Positions 14,709 to 29,398 of a stretch of 64,000 nucleotides of DNA are shown here, piece by piece. Numbering within the stretch: the first letter of the stretch is position 1; each line of letters begins with the position of its first letter. The notes beneath the pieces are model-generated. The model was given only the letters and a program-made list of their open reading frames with translations, was not told where the DNA came from and did no database searches. This DNA comes from the human T2T-CHM13v2.0 reference genome, Homo sapiens: assembly GCF_009914755.1 (NCBI RefSeq), contig NC_060947.1, one strand, 5' to 3'. The position numbers and the translations under genes are program-made.

Positions 14709-17700
14709 AATGAACAAGATCTAGTATTTGATAGCACAACAGAGTGAATACAGTTAATAATAATTTAATTGTATATCTTAAAATAACTAAAAGAGCATAA
14801 TTGGATTGTTTGTAACAGAAAGGATAAATGCTTGAGATGATGGACACCACATTTACCCTGATGTGATTATTATGCATTCCATGCCTGTATCAAAACATCT
14901 TATGTACCATATAAATATATACACCTACTATGTACCCACAAAAATTAAAAATTAAAATATATATATTAATAAATTGGACTTCATCAAAATTAAAAACTGA
15001 AAAACTTTTGCTCTGTGAAAGACACTGTTAAGAGGATAAAAAGACAAGCTACAGACTAGGAGAATATATTTGCAATATTTGACAAAATATTCCACTTCAC
15101 ACCCACAATGATGGCTATAATAATAAAAAAGAAAAAATAACAAGTGTTGGCAAGAATGTGGGAAAGTGGAAATTATACATTGTCAGTAGGAATGTAAAAT
15201 GATGCAACCCTTTGTCATACAGTTTGGCAGTCTCTCAAAAAGTTAAACATAGACTTGTCATATGAGCCAGCAATTTCACTCTTAGGTAACTACAAAAGAG
15301 ATTAGAAAATATATGTCCACACAAAATCTTATACACTAATATTCATAGCAGTTTTATTCATAATAGCCAAAAGTGGAAACAAACCAAATGTCCATCAGCT
15401 GACGAATGGATAAACATAATGTGGTGTATCCATACAATGAAATATTATTCAGTCATAAAAAGGAATGAAGTATACTACAACATGGATGAACCTTAAAATT
15501 ATTACGCTAAGTGAAAGAAGTCAAGTACAATGTATGTTTCCATTTATATGAAATGTCCGGAATAGGCAGATCCATAGTGACAGAAATTGGATTAGCAGTT
15601 GCCAGTGGCCAGTTGGAATTGGAAATGGCTGCTAATGTGTATGGGGTTCCTTTATAGGATAATAAAATGTTCTAAAATTAGATTGTGGTCATGGTTGCAC
15701 AAGTCTTTAAATATACTACAAACAACTGAATTTTCCACTTCAAATGGGTAAATTGTATGGTCTGTGAATTATATTTTAATAAGGCTGTTGTATAAAAACA
15801 AAAAAAAAACTAATAAAGACATCTTTAGAGAAATAGCTTATTTTGAACCAACTTCCAGTCCAGTTCTATTTCAAGTACAGCAACCCAGGGTAGACACTGG
15901 AGTTCAGATTTCCAAAATGTTATCAAATTTTAGCCATACATTTTAACAAACAAAATCTTGAAAGAAATAATATAAGCATTAAAGGGTGCTAGACACATCA
16001 TGACAAATGAGGATGATAAGTGAGTATAAGAAGGACTAAGTTAATCTGTAGAATCCCAGGAGTTTACTGGCAATCCCACTTTCTCTAATAGTCAGAGAAA
16101 ATAAAGACTTAATAAATTGAAAACAGCAAATCTACATTCTAAAATCCAAGTCTCTTACAGATATATAATATTAAGATTCGGAAGAAAATCTAACATGCTT
16201 AGGTCTTTATTAAAAATAGAAGTAGGATTTGGATGGAAGAAAGGAAAAGGGAACAACATCAATCAACCATTCATAGTATGTTTAATATGTGCTCAGGTTG
16301 AGCAAAGGCAGGGAACAAATATGAACATTTGCTTGAGATACTAAAGGGCAAAAGGAGTCTAGAACCACTTTAATGGTAAATCTGTGTTAAAGACTTCTGT
16401 TTACGTGCTTCAAATATATCAATCAAACCTCATTCGACATCTGATAGAAAGATAACATAGGAGCAACCTTGATTCCGATGAGCTATGGGGTATTATAAGC
16501 TATACAGATCTATCCTTGTATATAGCGGCAATTTAGTTAATAAAATCATCAAGAGCAGCCTTAAAAGGGAAAGATGTTGGAAAAGGGCAGCACTGCGCTG
16601 GAGGTTGTAGTGCTCTCGTTGCCAGGCAGCCACCCTCAGGCCCTCTCTTGTTACCGTGGTGATGTTTGGAGAGCTTACCTAAATACTCTTTGAGATAGCA
16701 GCCGAACTCTCCACATCCTTTTAGCACCAACTAGTCATGCCACTTCTTTTCCTTCCTCCCCCACAACTCCACCCACACTCTCATAATCTTATGAATTTGA
16801 TGAACCTGTATGTGTACCTCCAATGTCCAAGGCTGGAGAATTATGCTAATTTGCCTATCTAGGCAAATGAATGAAAGGACTGTTAAGTGAATGTGATGAT
16901 AGAAAAAAACAAGGTTCTTCAAACAAAAAAATTGAAATGTTTGGAAGATAATGCAGGATCTGTCCTACCTAACATCAGGGAAAGCCTTATGCTCTGCCAC
17001 TTATCACACTGTTATCTTGTTCATGTTCATCCCCCTTTCTAGGCCTGAGTTTCTTCATTTATAATAAAAGATAGTTGAGCTATAGAAGTTGTTTTTAAAC
17101 ATTTTGGCCAAACCTATAGTAAGAAATACAGTTTACATCACAACCCAGTATGCACATATACATACATCAAATCTAACACAAAAATTTTACAAAGCAATTC
17201 TTACCCTTACTATGTGTGATGTACCCTGATATTTTCTGTGCTGTTATTTTTACGTATTTTTAATTGCTAGTTGTGACCCAATAAATTGACTTCATAGCCT
17301 CATTAATGTTTCACAATCCACAGTCTGAAGAACACAACTGTGGGCATCTAATGGCTCCCTATAGTTCTAGCATTCTATCATTTTATGTTATGTCTTTATC
17401 TTCCTTTTAGAATAATAGTAACAATAGCTAGTAATTATTGAGCTCTTACTATGTGCCAGGTATTGTTTTAAGCACTTTGCCCATATGAACTAACTTAATT
17501 TTTTCAACAACTATGACTACTTTTATTAGTTCAATTTTAAAGATGAAGAAAATCAATGTGGCTTATAGCTGCACCAAATTTAGTGGACAACCAAAATACA
17601 TTTCATAATGTATTTAAGGTGTTTTGAATATCTTAGAACATTCCATTTTATAAAATTCTGTTTTGCCTACTTTTACCATTTTAAACCCTGGAAGGCACTG

Positions 17701-18584
17701 TAATAAACCTTCCAGATCTGAGAGGAGAAAAAGATCAATAACCTTAATAATACTCATTACTGGCTTTGAAGGTCATATCCTTTACTTTTTCTATTATTGT
17801 GAAATTGATCCTAAAACAGGTGCTTAGTAACGCCAAATCAGAGAGCATTCATACTTTCACAGGTGTGACCACTACTCAAGTAGGCAAATTAATTCTTGGG
17901 GAGCTGCACACTATCAGCAGATTGTCAGTAGAGCAATATAAGTCTCCAAATGTGTGCCCACAGTCACCATACATCGTTGTTAGTAGTAGTGTAAAACTAA
18001 ACATTAGTGCTATTTCTTCCCAATTCCAGTAATTATCCAAATACTAAGCACCACTGCTAATATCCATCTTTCATGAATTAGCTGGAAGGACACAGAATGT
18101 GATGAGACAATACTATTAGTCATAAATTTCACTGAGCATATATAGTTTAGGGGCTGCTGATGGAATAGATTTGAAATATTTCAAACACATTCTCCTTTGA
18201 TAAACAACAGAGATAGTCGACATTTAATGACCCCTACAGTAAATGCAATACAAATCCATAATTTCATTTATTCATTCAACAAAACTATTGAGTACCTACT
18301 ATATGCTAGATACTTATTTTGCCACTGGAGATTCTGCAGTTTACATAACAAAGTACCTACACTCAGGCAACTTATTTTATGTTTGGTAAATTTGGATTTT
18401 TGTATATTGCATTTGTTTGTTTATGGAAAGCCACACTTGTATATTCCCTTTGGTAGAGAGGCACTGGGAATTATATGTTTTACTTATTTAAAATATTTGA
18501 GTGCCTTTTATGCATAGCAGTAGTGAAAGAACAAATCAGTTTCTGCTTTCGAAAAGTTTAAGATCTAGTTAATGCAGATCATAA

Positions 18585-18800
18585 TCGGGTGTTCCAACTT
18601 GTAGCGACTTTGCTACCCCAGGGGACATTTGGCAATGTCTGGAGATATTTCTGGTTCTCACAACTGGAGGGGGAGGTGCTACAGGTATCTAATGGGTAGA
18701 GGCCAGAGATGCTGCTAAGCATCCTACAGTGCACAAGACAGCCCACAACAAAAAACTTTCTGGCCCAAAGAATCAAGAGTGCCCATGTTGAGAAACTCTG
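18585..18800. mobile_element. MER20 (hAT-Charlie MITE)
   Basis: ccaggggacatttggcaatgtctggaga...gttgagaaactctg. Confidence 0.85.
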
Positions 18801-18949
18801 AGTTACGCATACATTAAGTTTTTTTTTTTTAACTGCAAGTATTAGATGATAAGTATCAAATGAGTGATACAAGGTGATACAGAGAAGAGAAAGATTATCC
18901 TAGACTGAATTGGTGAGGGGAGGCATCATGAAGGAAGTGGGGTTCAAGA

Positions 18950-19495
18950 CTAAGTGTCATGTCACTCCTTTGCTCATAATAGAAGAAACCCTGCTACCTC
19001 TCTGACCTCACCTCCTACCACTCTCCCCCTCGCCCCTCCACTGCGGCTGATTGGCTTATGCATTTCCTTGAAAATATCAAGTATGCTTCTGTCTCATGGA
19101 ATTTATTCTTCTTGTTTTCTCTGATTCAAGTGCCATTCCCCTAGATATCCACATAGCTCACTTCCTCACTTCCTGCACATCTCTGTTCTGTTCAGTCTCT
19201 TACTAGAGAACCTTTCTGTAATCATACTTTTTATAAAATATTAACTCCTGTTCCCTCCACTTTATTTCCCCTTACTATGTTTTTTGGTCTCCCTAGCAAG
19301 GCTATACCCTGCCCAGACCAGACACTCAAGAAATCTGTATAGAATGAGTAAATTAGTTAAGTATTAATAACGGCAGGGCTCTTTAGCCCAAGCAATGAGA
19401 AGAAACTTGAGGGAAGGACCCTGACTACAGTTATCCCCAGTGGCCTAAAACAGTGCCTACCTCATATAGAGACTTCATAAATAGTGAATAAAGAA
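18950..19495 (+). mobile_element. L2 fragments
   Basis: catgtcactcctttgctc, ctctctgacctcacctccta, cctaaaacagtgcct. Confidence 0.6.
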
Positions 19496-20239
19496 TGATA
19501 AAATAGAGAGCCAAAGGAAATTAGTATAAACAAAATCAGCTCATAACCATCTTAAAAAGTATTCTTAGAACAATTACTCCCTTCTATGTATACTGGATCT
19601 AAGTACATCTATTAAATATTTTATCCTTAATTTTTACTATTCTTATCAGCTTTTTCACTTTACATTCGTTCCTGATATATGCCTTGCATTAAACAAACAA
19701 ACATTAAACAAAGTTTCTGAAATCTCTACCCTAGATGTATATTAGGCCAGGTATTATATTAAAACTAGCTGCATTTTAAGAAGTCTAATCTAAAGGCAGC
19801 CCTTTACAAGCCAGTTCTAGTTTTCTATTTTCATTTGCACTTAAACACTAATTCACCCACCCTACACTCAGGGAGCCACTACAGATAATTATGCTAATGC
19901 TAATCGCAATAGCAGCTAATGTTTACTGAGGACTTTTTGTGCTAGAGTCTGTCCTGGAGGCTCTGCATAAATTATCTGGTTTTGTTCATACTACAGGAAA
20001 CCCATGTTATAACATTAACATATGTTAACCAACTCTAAATTACTTTCTGTTCCTGGCCCAAAGCCCAAACCCCCAAATCCCTGAGCTTTGACTCTGCACC
20101 CTGATTCTTGCCACTTTCTCTTTTCCCTTGCCTCTAGGCATCCTCCTTTCCAGGGGACCACAAGCGCTCTCCCCCTCCCTCTTTGAGAACCATGACAACC
20201 ACCGATTCCCCCTCCCCTTCCCCTGTCATCCCTCCCCCA

Positions 20240-20800
20240 GACGGCAACCCGGCGGGCACAAGGTCGGACGACCTGCTACGTAACTCGCGCGTGTGACTGC
20301 CTAGTAACAGTGTCTCGAGTCGGAAGCGCTCGGAGCGAGGGGCGGGGTGGGAGAGCTGGCGCGCGCACGCGTAAAGTCTTTGCAGCCTCGCTACGGGGCG
20401 GAGTCTTGCCTGTCAGCAGGGGCAGAGTAGCGATCGTCGCCAAAGCGCGCGGTTTTATTTCTCTCCGCTTTGGACGGGGCAAACTAGCTTTTGGGAGTGA
20501 AGCGGGTACGCAGTTATCCAACAATGTCTGGTGAGTCAGGACAGCCTGAGGCTGGTCCCTCACATGCAGGGCTAGATTGGCCGAACCCTGAGAGGAATCG
20601 GGCTGGGGTCCCGGGAGGGGTGATCCGAAGAGCTGGTTCCCAAGGGCCCAGGTCCTGGATCCAAAAGGTTCTTGAGCAGATTATGGACTCACCTCGCCAG
20701 TGTGTCACCCCCTCGGAGGTGGTGCCTGTAACTGTGCTGGCCGTCCAGAGGTACCTGTTAGAGGATGAGCCACGCGACACGGTGCCCAAGCCTCCCCTTT
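20240..20800 (+). promoter_or_regulatory. RADX: CpG-rich promoter / 5'UTR of RADX
   Basis: Only CpG-dense non-Alu stretch in the window; GC boxes GGGGCGGGG (~20339) and GGGGCGGAG (~20395), ETS-like CGGAAG (~20321), E2F-like CGCCAAA (~20438); no ATG in the ~150 nt before the start codon. Confidence 0.85.
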
Positions 20801-21166
20801 ATTGCTATGATGTGACGATCTCAGATGGGGTGTACCAGGAGAAGTGCTACCTGGACCCCAGCTTGAACTCTCTCGTATATCAAAATATTCTTAAAGTTGG
20901 CATTCAAATGAGAATTTCCAGGGTCTCATGTCTTTACAATGAGAAAAGGATAGGCCAGGGGATCCTGTGCATAGATAACGTCCACTGTGGGGAGACTTCA
21001 GACAGTATTTCTTTAGAAACTCCCTTCAGAAATAGAGCGCACCAGGAGAAACCAGAGAGGCCTTTAAGAGGCGGGAAGAGTCATTACCTGGCGCTGTGGA
21101 ATAACGAAGATCCCTATGGAGATATCTGGTTAACAGACAAGCAACCTGAGGAACACAACTTTAGCG
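20524..21166 (+). CDS. RADX: RADX coding exon 1 (N-terminus and first OB fold)
   Basis: acaATG at 20524; translation [25 protein letters not shown]...EEHNFS matches human RADX/CXorf57 as I recall it; donor G|GTAAGT at 21166/21167; 643 nt, phase 1. Confidence 0.97.
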
Positions 21167-23499
21167 GTAAGTGTTTGGAAAGAACGGCAGAGGGTTTTAA
21201 AAAAAATAGTTTTCAGGAGCTTGCGTGAACGGGAAAGGAAATGAAAATGCTTTTGTATTGTTAATTACAAGCCAGGAGTGGTAGGTAGACAAGTTTTCTT
21301 AAATGACCAAGGGATGCTCAATGAAATTTGCACAGCCAGTGGTTTTTGTTGGTGTTTTTTGTTTGTTTGTTTCTTTGATTGCAAAAGTGGCCAATTCAGG
21401 AAGTGTGTTTGACTACATCTTAAAATTCAGTCTGGCAAACGTACTGATGTGGGAGTCAGTATTCCTCATACGTTCGTTACATGTTTGATTGTGGTGGAAT
21501 TAATCTTAGTTTTATTCCCAATCCAGTTGTGGAAATAGTACGTTGTGTCGGTTGAAGAGCTTATAGATTTGAATTTAGCATAAAGGTTGTAAAAATTTGC
21601 GGGTTTGCATGTTTTAATCTTCATTCAAAAAGGATGCTCCGTGATGTATTCCTTAATACTTTACATTGATTGAAACGCCGTGTAACAGTTATGTAAATAT
21701 CACCTTTTAACGGTGTGATTTTTATGGGAAGGCTTGACATTCTCATTTTCTTGTTTCTTATTACTCACCACAAAGAGTACTGATCTGGGAACTTCAATTT
21801 TTCTGTATCAGAAGTAGGAAGTTAGCTTGAAAACACTAGCTTGCCATCAGCAACTGCTCTAAAATACGTTTTTTTTCTCTAACAGATGAAATTAAGGGGA
21901 ATGATAGTACTGTAGGCATGAACACGTTTGAAATGGGGAAAGAAATAAAATGCAAAAAATAAAATAAGAGAAAGTACTGGAAGGAGAAAGACTATAATTT
22001 TCTACATTACTGCTTTTCAGTCCCTTTTACAATGTTGTCACAATGCTAAATCACGGATAATCTTACTGTGACGTGTAAGAGCAACAAACTTGAAAGTAAA
22101 AGAATAACTAGCTCAAAAACCATGCAATTATAGTCACATCCAGTTGTAAGGAAAAAAGATGTTATAGAAATGTGTAGGTAAGGATATTTTAAATAACTAA
22201 ATTTTAAAAAGCAAGATAGCTATTTCAGGGATGAAAAAATGGAGTGATTTTATCTCAAGTGTGAAATAAGGCAGTAGTGCATTACTACTCTAAATGTTGA
22301 TCACTTTAATTTTTAGAATTGAATATGTAAATGAAAAACTGGTGCCCTACAAGAAAAGTTGAGGGGATTAATACTTTGTAAAATGTATTTTGTCGTAATA
22401 TCTATTCATTCATTAAAACCATATTTATAATACAAAAGGCAATGTCTGTATGCCAAAATAAAACCCAATCTGTATATTTGAAAGTATATTGTGTTAGAAA
22501 TATACCACCAAAGTATAGTAAAATGTTAGTGATAAAATCTAGGAAGTGGGCATATTGATGTTCACTGTAAAATTTATTCAGTTTTGCTATATGTTTCAAA
22601 TTGTTAATAATAAAATATTAGGGAGAAGTGAAAGACCTCTTTCACCTTCCCTAGTGCCTTCACCTTTCTTCTAAAAATCTCAAATTGTCAGCAGTTTGTT
22701 GTGTATTTTTTTAAAAAAAAGGAATTAATGTCGCATTGTGTGATTTGCTATTTCCACTGAACACATCTCAGGCATCTTTCATGTACATCTGTACATACAA
22801 TATTCCATAGCATGGGTGTGCCATAATTTCTATAATCATGCCCATGTGAATAGGTAATTTGTAGTTTTAGGCACTTATTAGTGTTTTAGTATTACATACA
22901 ATGATAAGCATCATTAGAATGTACACATATTTTTGTTTACTATGTTCAAGCATTGCTGTTGAACGGCTTCCTCTGGCGAAATTGCTGGCTTAAAAGGTAT
23001 TTAATTTTTTTAATTTTGTGGATATAGACAGATCATCTTCTGAAAAGGTTGTACTAATTTACATTTACCAACATACATATGAGAATGCCCATTTCCCCAT
23101 ATCTTACTATTTTTAAATACATCTTTTGACATTTTTCTAATTAATTTATAGGATTCCTTTGCTAATGGGTATTAAAATTTTGTCTGCTATATACTGCAAA
23201 TTATTTTCTTTCATTCTGTTCTTTTTCTCTTAACTTTGTTTATGGCACACGTTTGTGCTTTTGAAACTTTTCATTAAAGTTTACCTTGTACACAGTAAAA
23301 AAAAAAGGTTTTAAAAATACAGCTTGATAAATTTTCACGTACATATACCTGTGTAACCATCACCCCCCTCCCTTTAAGATATAGAACATTTCTGTATCTT
23401 GTTACCCCAAAAGTCTCCCTCATGCCTCCTCCTGGTCAGTACCCTATCTGAAGGGTAACACATATTGTAACCTCAAATATAGCTTTTAAAAATAGAAGT

Positions 23500-24245
23500 T
23501 AGCCTGTGCCACACCCTCCTGCCTAAATCTCTCAGGTGGCTCCCATTGCATTTAGGCAGCAACCCAAACTCTACCGGGGTCTGGAAGGCAGGCCGTACTG
23601 CGGAGGATGGCGAACTTTCAGTAAAGAGCCAAACAGTAAATCTTTTTGTCTTTCCAGACATGATCTCTGTCACAACCATTCACTTTTGCCATTGTATATG
23701 GAAAGCAGCCACAAGCGGTATGTAAATGAATGGGTCTGGCCGTGTTGCAATAGAACTTCATTTACAAAAACAAGCAACAGGCAAGATTTGGCTTGTGGGC
23801 TGTATAATTTGCTGACCCCTGCCCTACAGAATCCCTTACTCACCTCTCGAATCTCTAACCCCCCTCCTCCACCATTTTGTTCTAGCAACCAGCCTTCTTT
23901 TTGATCCTCAAACCTCCAGTCTTTTTCCTGCACTTGCTTTTTCCTCTTTCTGGAAAGTTTCTTCCCATCTTCCAGTTTCAGCTCAAATAAAAACATTTTA
24001 AAAGTGCCTTTTAAATAAATATTTCCTCCCCCATTTATTCTTATTATACCACCTTGCAAATGATCTTCATAGAATCATAGCATTCTGAAATTATTTTCTT
24101 TAGCTGTTTTTCTTTCCTCTCTTACATTTTTATAAGATCCACAACTCTTTTTTTTTTTCATTTCTGTGGGCCATATCTTACAGCTAGAACAATGACTGGC
24201 ACATAGTAGGCATTCAGTATTTGTTGAATAAAAGAATGAATGAAA
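23500..24245 (+). mobile_element. L2 3' region with nested MER58A (~23600-23825)
   Basis: ggcacatagtaggcattcagtatttgttgaat...gaatgaatg tail; MER58A core gcagccacaagc...gctgacccctg. Confidence 0.7.
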
Positions 24246-25445
24246 TAAATTGATGTTTTTACTAATGTTGAGCCACTTTTGAATTCCCACTTGGTCACGA
24301 TTATTTTTACATCTGTCTAAGTGAATTTGGTCTACAGATTTGGTTTTTATTTTTGTTTTTTGCAGGGAGAGTACTTTTTCAATGCAATTTTTATATGGCG
24401 TTAATATTAGCCTAGTGGAATGAGTTGGAAAGCTTGCCCGTCTTTCTGTACTTACAGAAATTATATGTTCCTTAAAGACTTAGTAAAATTCCTCTCTAAA
24501 ACTATCTGAACCTGTTGTCTTGGGCCTGGATTGGGGGTTGTGGGGGGATGCCTCTTTTTCAATTTCTTTTAGAAAAAGTGATTAAACCAATAATGCTTTT
24601 TCAAGAGCCCATTTCTGAGAGTTGGTAATTCACTAGGAAAACTCATTTCACCTAGATCTCAAAGTTGTACGTAGTAATCTATGTTTTTTGACCTATCTTG
24701 TCAATCATGACTCTTTTCACAATCCTCATGTTTGTGTGTTCACCTTTTCTTATGGTGAGCCTTGCCAGAAGTTTATTAGTCTTATTGTTGGTGTTTTTTA
24801 AGACACTTGGTTTTACTAATAACAAAATCTATAATGAGGAGATGTTTTCTACTTAATTTCTGCTATTATCTTTAATTTCTTTTACGTACTTCCTTTGTTC
24901 ATATTTTTCTTGTACTACTTTCTTGAGTTAAATGCTTGGTTCATATATTTCCTTGTTTATTTCTTCCAAAAGCATTTAAAATTCTGAAATTTCCCATGGA
25001 TATTGCTTAGGCTGCATCCCCCAGGTTTGGAAGTATAGAGATTTTATTGTTACTCGTTATTTATATTTTCTTATTTTATCTTGTTTTATTTTGTATTTAT
25101 GCATTATTGAATTATTGTAATCACTTTTGAAATAATTACACTCCAACCCAATGGTTTTTCTTTAGTGTTTTCCATCTTTCAAATCCATTAAAAAAATGAC
25201 AAAGCTGATTTAAACAACCATGTCGGAAACTAGATGTTGTGATAACTTAATGTGCATCAATTCATTTTGATTATATACTTTCATTACCGTCCTGTATTCT
25301 ATTTAGCCTTTTGGAGTCTAAATTTCACTGATATTTTCACTTTTGGGGGTCTTCTCTGCCATTTCAAGTGATAATTTTACAGAGATGGTAATATCTTTAA
25401 ACCCCTCTCTTTTATTTTCTTGGCTTGCAATTGGCATTTCTTTGT

Positions 25446-25847
<402 letters not shown>

Positions 25848-26148
25848 TAAAAATGTAATTCACATATTCCAGATCCTTATTTTTAATCTACTTTATTTGC
25901 CCATTTCTCAGAGGAATATTGGCTTCTCTCTATGATGATAGTTGCATTTATTTCTCCTTATATTTCTAAAAGGTTTTGCTTTAGATGTTACTATAACGTG
26001 TGCAATTTCATAACTGATTAATGTATTATTGTTGAGTTTTACACTTTATCAATATGGAATTTGCCTCTTTGTACCTTTTGCCTTGAATTCTATTTTCCCT
26101 AATAGTAATGTTTGCCACTTCCACAGTCTTTTTGGTAGCATATTAGGA

Positions 26149-26932
26149 CAATGATACTCAAATGTGAGTAGGCATGCATATCACCTCAAGAGTGCCAGTC
26201 AGAAAAATAACTTAAGTGCTTCCTTACTCTAAGAATTCACAAATAATATCAAGAAACACTGCAAAAAAATGGATGGGGCAAAAATGAGCAATGGGAATTG
26301 GAGACAAATAAGCATCCCGGTGCTAACAAGTTCAAATTACACTTACAAAAATCAGAGAAAAAAAATTTATGCAGAAAAAAAGATTTGGAAAAGGTTGCAA
26401 AGATAAAGAATACACCAAAACTTAAAGAAATTATTAAGGCAGTATGTTTCAAATGTTGAAGCAAAAAAGAAATGCCAATTGCATGCCATGAAAATAAAAG
26501 AGAGGGGTTTAAAGATATTACCGTCTCAGTAAAATTCTCACTTGAAATGTCAAAGAAGACCCCAAAAAGCTAAACAGAATACATGAAAGTCATGAAAGCA
26601 TATAATCAAAATGAATTGATGCACAATAAGTTATCACAACATCTAGTTTCCAACATGATTGTTTAAATCAGTTTTGTCGTTTTTTTTAATGGATTTGAAA
26701 GACGGAAAACAGTAAAGAAAGGCCGTTAGGCTGGAGTGTAATTATTTAAAAAATGACTACAGTAATTCAGTAATGCAAAAATACAGAAATAAAACAAAAT
26801 ACAGATTGCTGACCACCATTCCCAGTGTATGATTCATTAGGTCTGGGGTAGGGCCCTAGAATTTACATTTCGAACATGTTCACTGATGGTAACAATGCTA
26901 TTGGTACAGAGACCACACTTTGAGAACCACTG
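26149..26932. mobile_element. MER5A split by a ~600-bp insert (26200-26800)
   Basis: Left part caatgatactcaaatgtgag...atcacc; right part acagattgctg...ggtctgggg...accacactttgagaaccactg. Confidence 0.7.
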
Positions 26933-26934
26933 GC

Positions 26935-27258
26935 AAGCCGGTCACGGTGGCTCATGCCTGTAATCCTAGCATTTTGGGAGACCACGGCGAGCGGATTGCT
27001 TGAGTTCAGAGTCCATGTTGAGACCAGCCTAGGTCCAGACCAGCCTAGACCAGCCGAGGCAACATGGCGAAACCCCATCTTTAATAAAAATACCTTAGCC
27101 GGGGCATGAATTTGTGCCTGTAATCCCGGCTACTTGGTGCAGGGGTGGAGTCGGGGGAGCCTGAGTCCGGGAGGTTGAGGCTGCACTGAGCCTTGATCAT
27201 GCCACTGCACTCCAGCCTGGACCAAAAGAGTGAGACCTTGTCTCAAAAAATAAAAAAA
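26935..27258 (+). mobile_element. Alu (J-like) with internal micro-duplications
   Basis: Dimer; TSD gagaaccactggc on both sides. Confidence 0.92.
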
Positions 27259-28409
27259 GAGAACCACTGGCCTTAGTGTATGCTTGTCCATCCCTTTATT
27301 TCCATTTTGTTTTAGGGTTGTCTCTTTTAAAAAGTATATAGCTAAGACTGCCTTTTGATCCAAACCAATTATTTTTCTTTTAAGAGATCAATTTAATTTA
27401 TCTAAATTTAATGTGAATAATGGTGTTTGTACCTGTTCTTGAAATTCTACTTTATGTTTACCATATGCCACCTTATTTTTTTTTTTTACTTTTGCGGGAT
27501 TAAAATTTTCTTTTTCTTCTAGTAGTTTGGAAATCATACATTGTATTTGTATTCTCCTAGTCTCCTAGTTGTTACTGAATGTTTTTTTAAAAAATTTTAT
27601 GGGTACATAGTAGGTGTAGATATATATGGGGTACATGTATTAATGTTTTAACAAAATTATTTAAACTTACATTTCTGTTTCCGTCTCCAGAATTATTCAA
27701 AATATATAATACACCCCTACTGAATAAGAGAAGATATTTAGGACTCCACTTGATCATGGCACAGTTGTCTTTGTGCATGCTTCTAAATAAGTATTGTATT
27801 TAGGGTTTTTGCCATCATAACTGATTTTTGGTTTATAGTTTTCTTTCTTGTACTATTTCTGTTGGAATTTTTCAGGATTGTTCTAAGTTTATAAAGCAAA
27901 GTGGTACAATTTCTATACTTTATTAGGCTCTGGGACAATTTATAGCTCAGGGAAAGAGCTGTTCTTTGAAATTTGTTAGAATTTTCTTATAAAACAATGT
28001 GAACCTGCTGCCAGTTTTGGAAGCCATCATTCATAAACTTTTTTCATTTTCTTCCACGGTTAAGGACCTAGTTTGGTTTTCTTTTGCTTCTTATGGCAAT
28101 AATGGTAATTCATATTTTTCTAAGAAATTATCTATTTCACTGATCTTTTCAAATTTATTGATATAAAATCATACATAATAATCTTTTAACAATTTTTATT
28201 TGTGTGTATATTTGTTTACATTCTGAGTATTACATTTTTGTTTTCTTTTTCATGATTAGACTTGCCAAAGATTTACCTTTTTATTAATTTTTCCAGAGAA
28301 TTGAATTTATCAATTCTATTTTTTATTGTGGTATAGTGTTTTCTGATTCATTATTTTTAGCTTTAATTTTTATTCCTTCTGCATTCCTTAGATTTATTCT
28401 TCTGCTATG

Positions 28410-29232
<823 letters not shown>

Positions 29233-29398
29233 TTATTTTCATTATTTCTTTTTTGATAATGAACACATTTATTACTATGAATTTACACAAATTCTTCATT
29301 GTCTGTAAACAGCCTCTAATTCTTTTTTAGATTTGAGAGATAAAATGTGTATTCCATGAAGTTTGTGAGTTAAAAACTCTAACTGGGAAAAATGTTAA

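Noticed and set aside
20276-20789. Overlapping ORFs around the promoter (20276-20563 minus, 20310-20534 plus, 20514-20789 minus) and the 11-aa N-terminal extension from TTG 20491
   Set aside because: Expected by chance in GC-rich sequence; the plus-strand ones have non-ATG starts; the first ATG in good context is 20524
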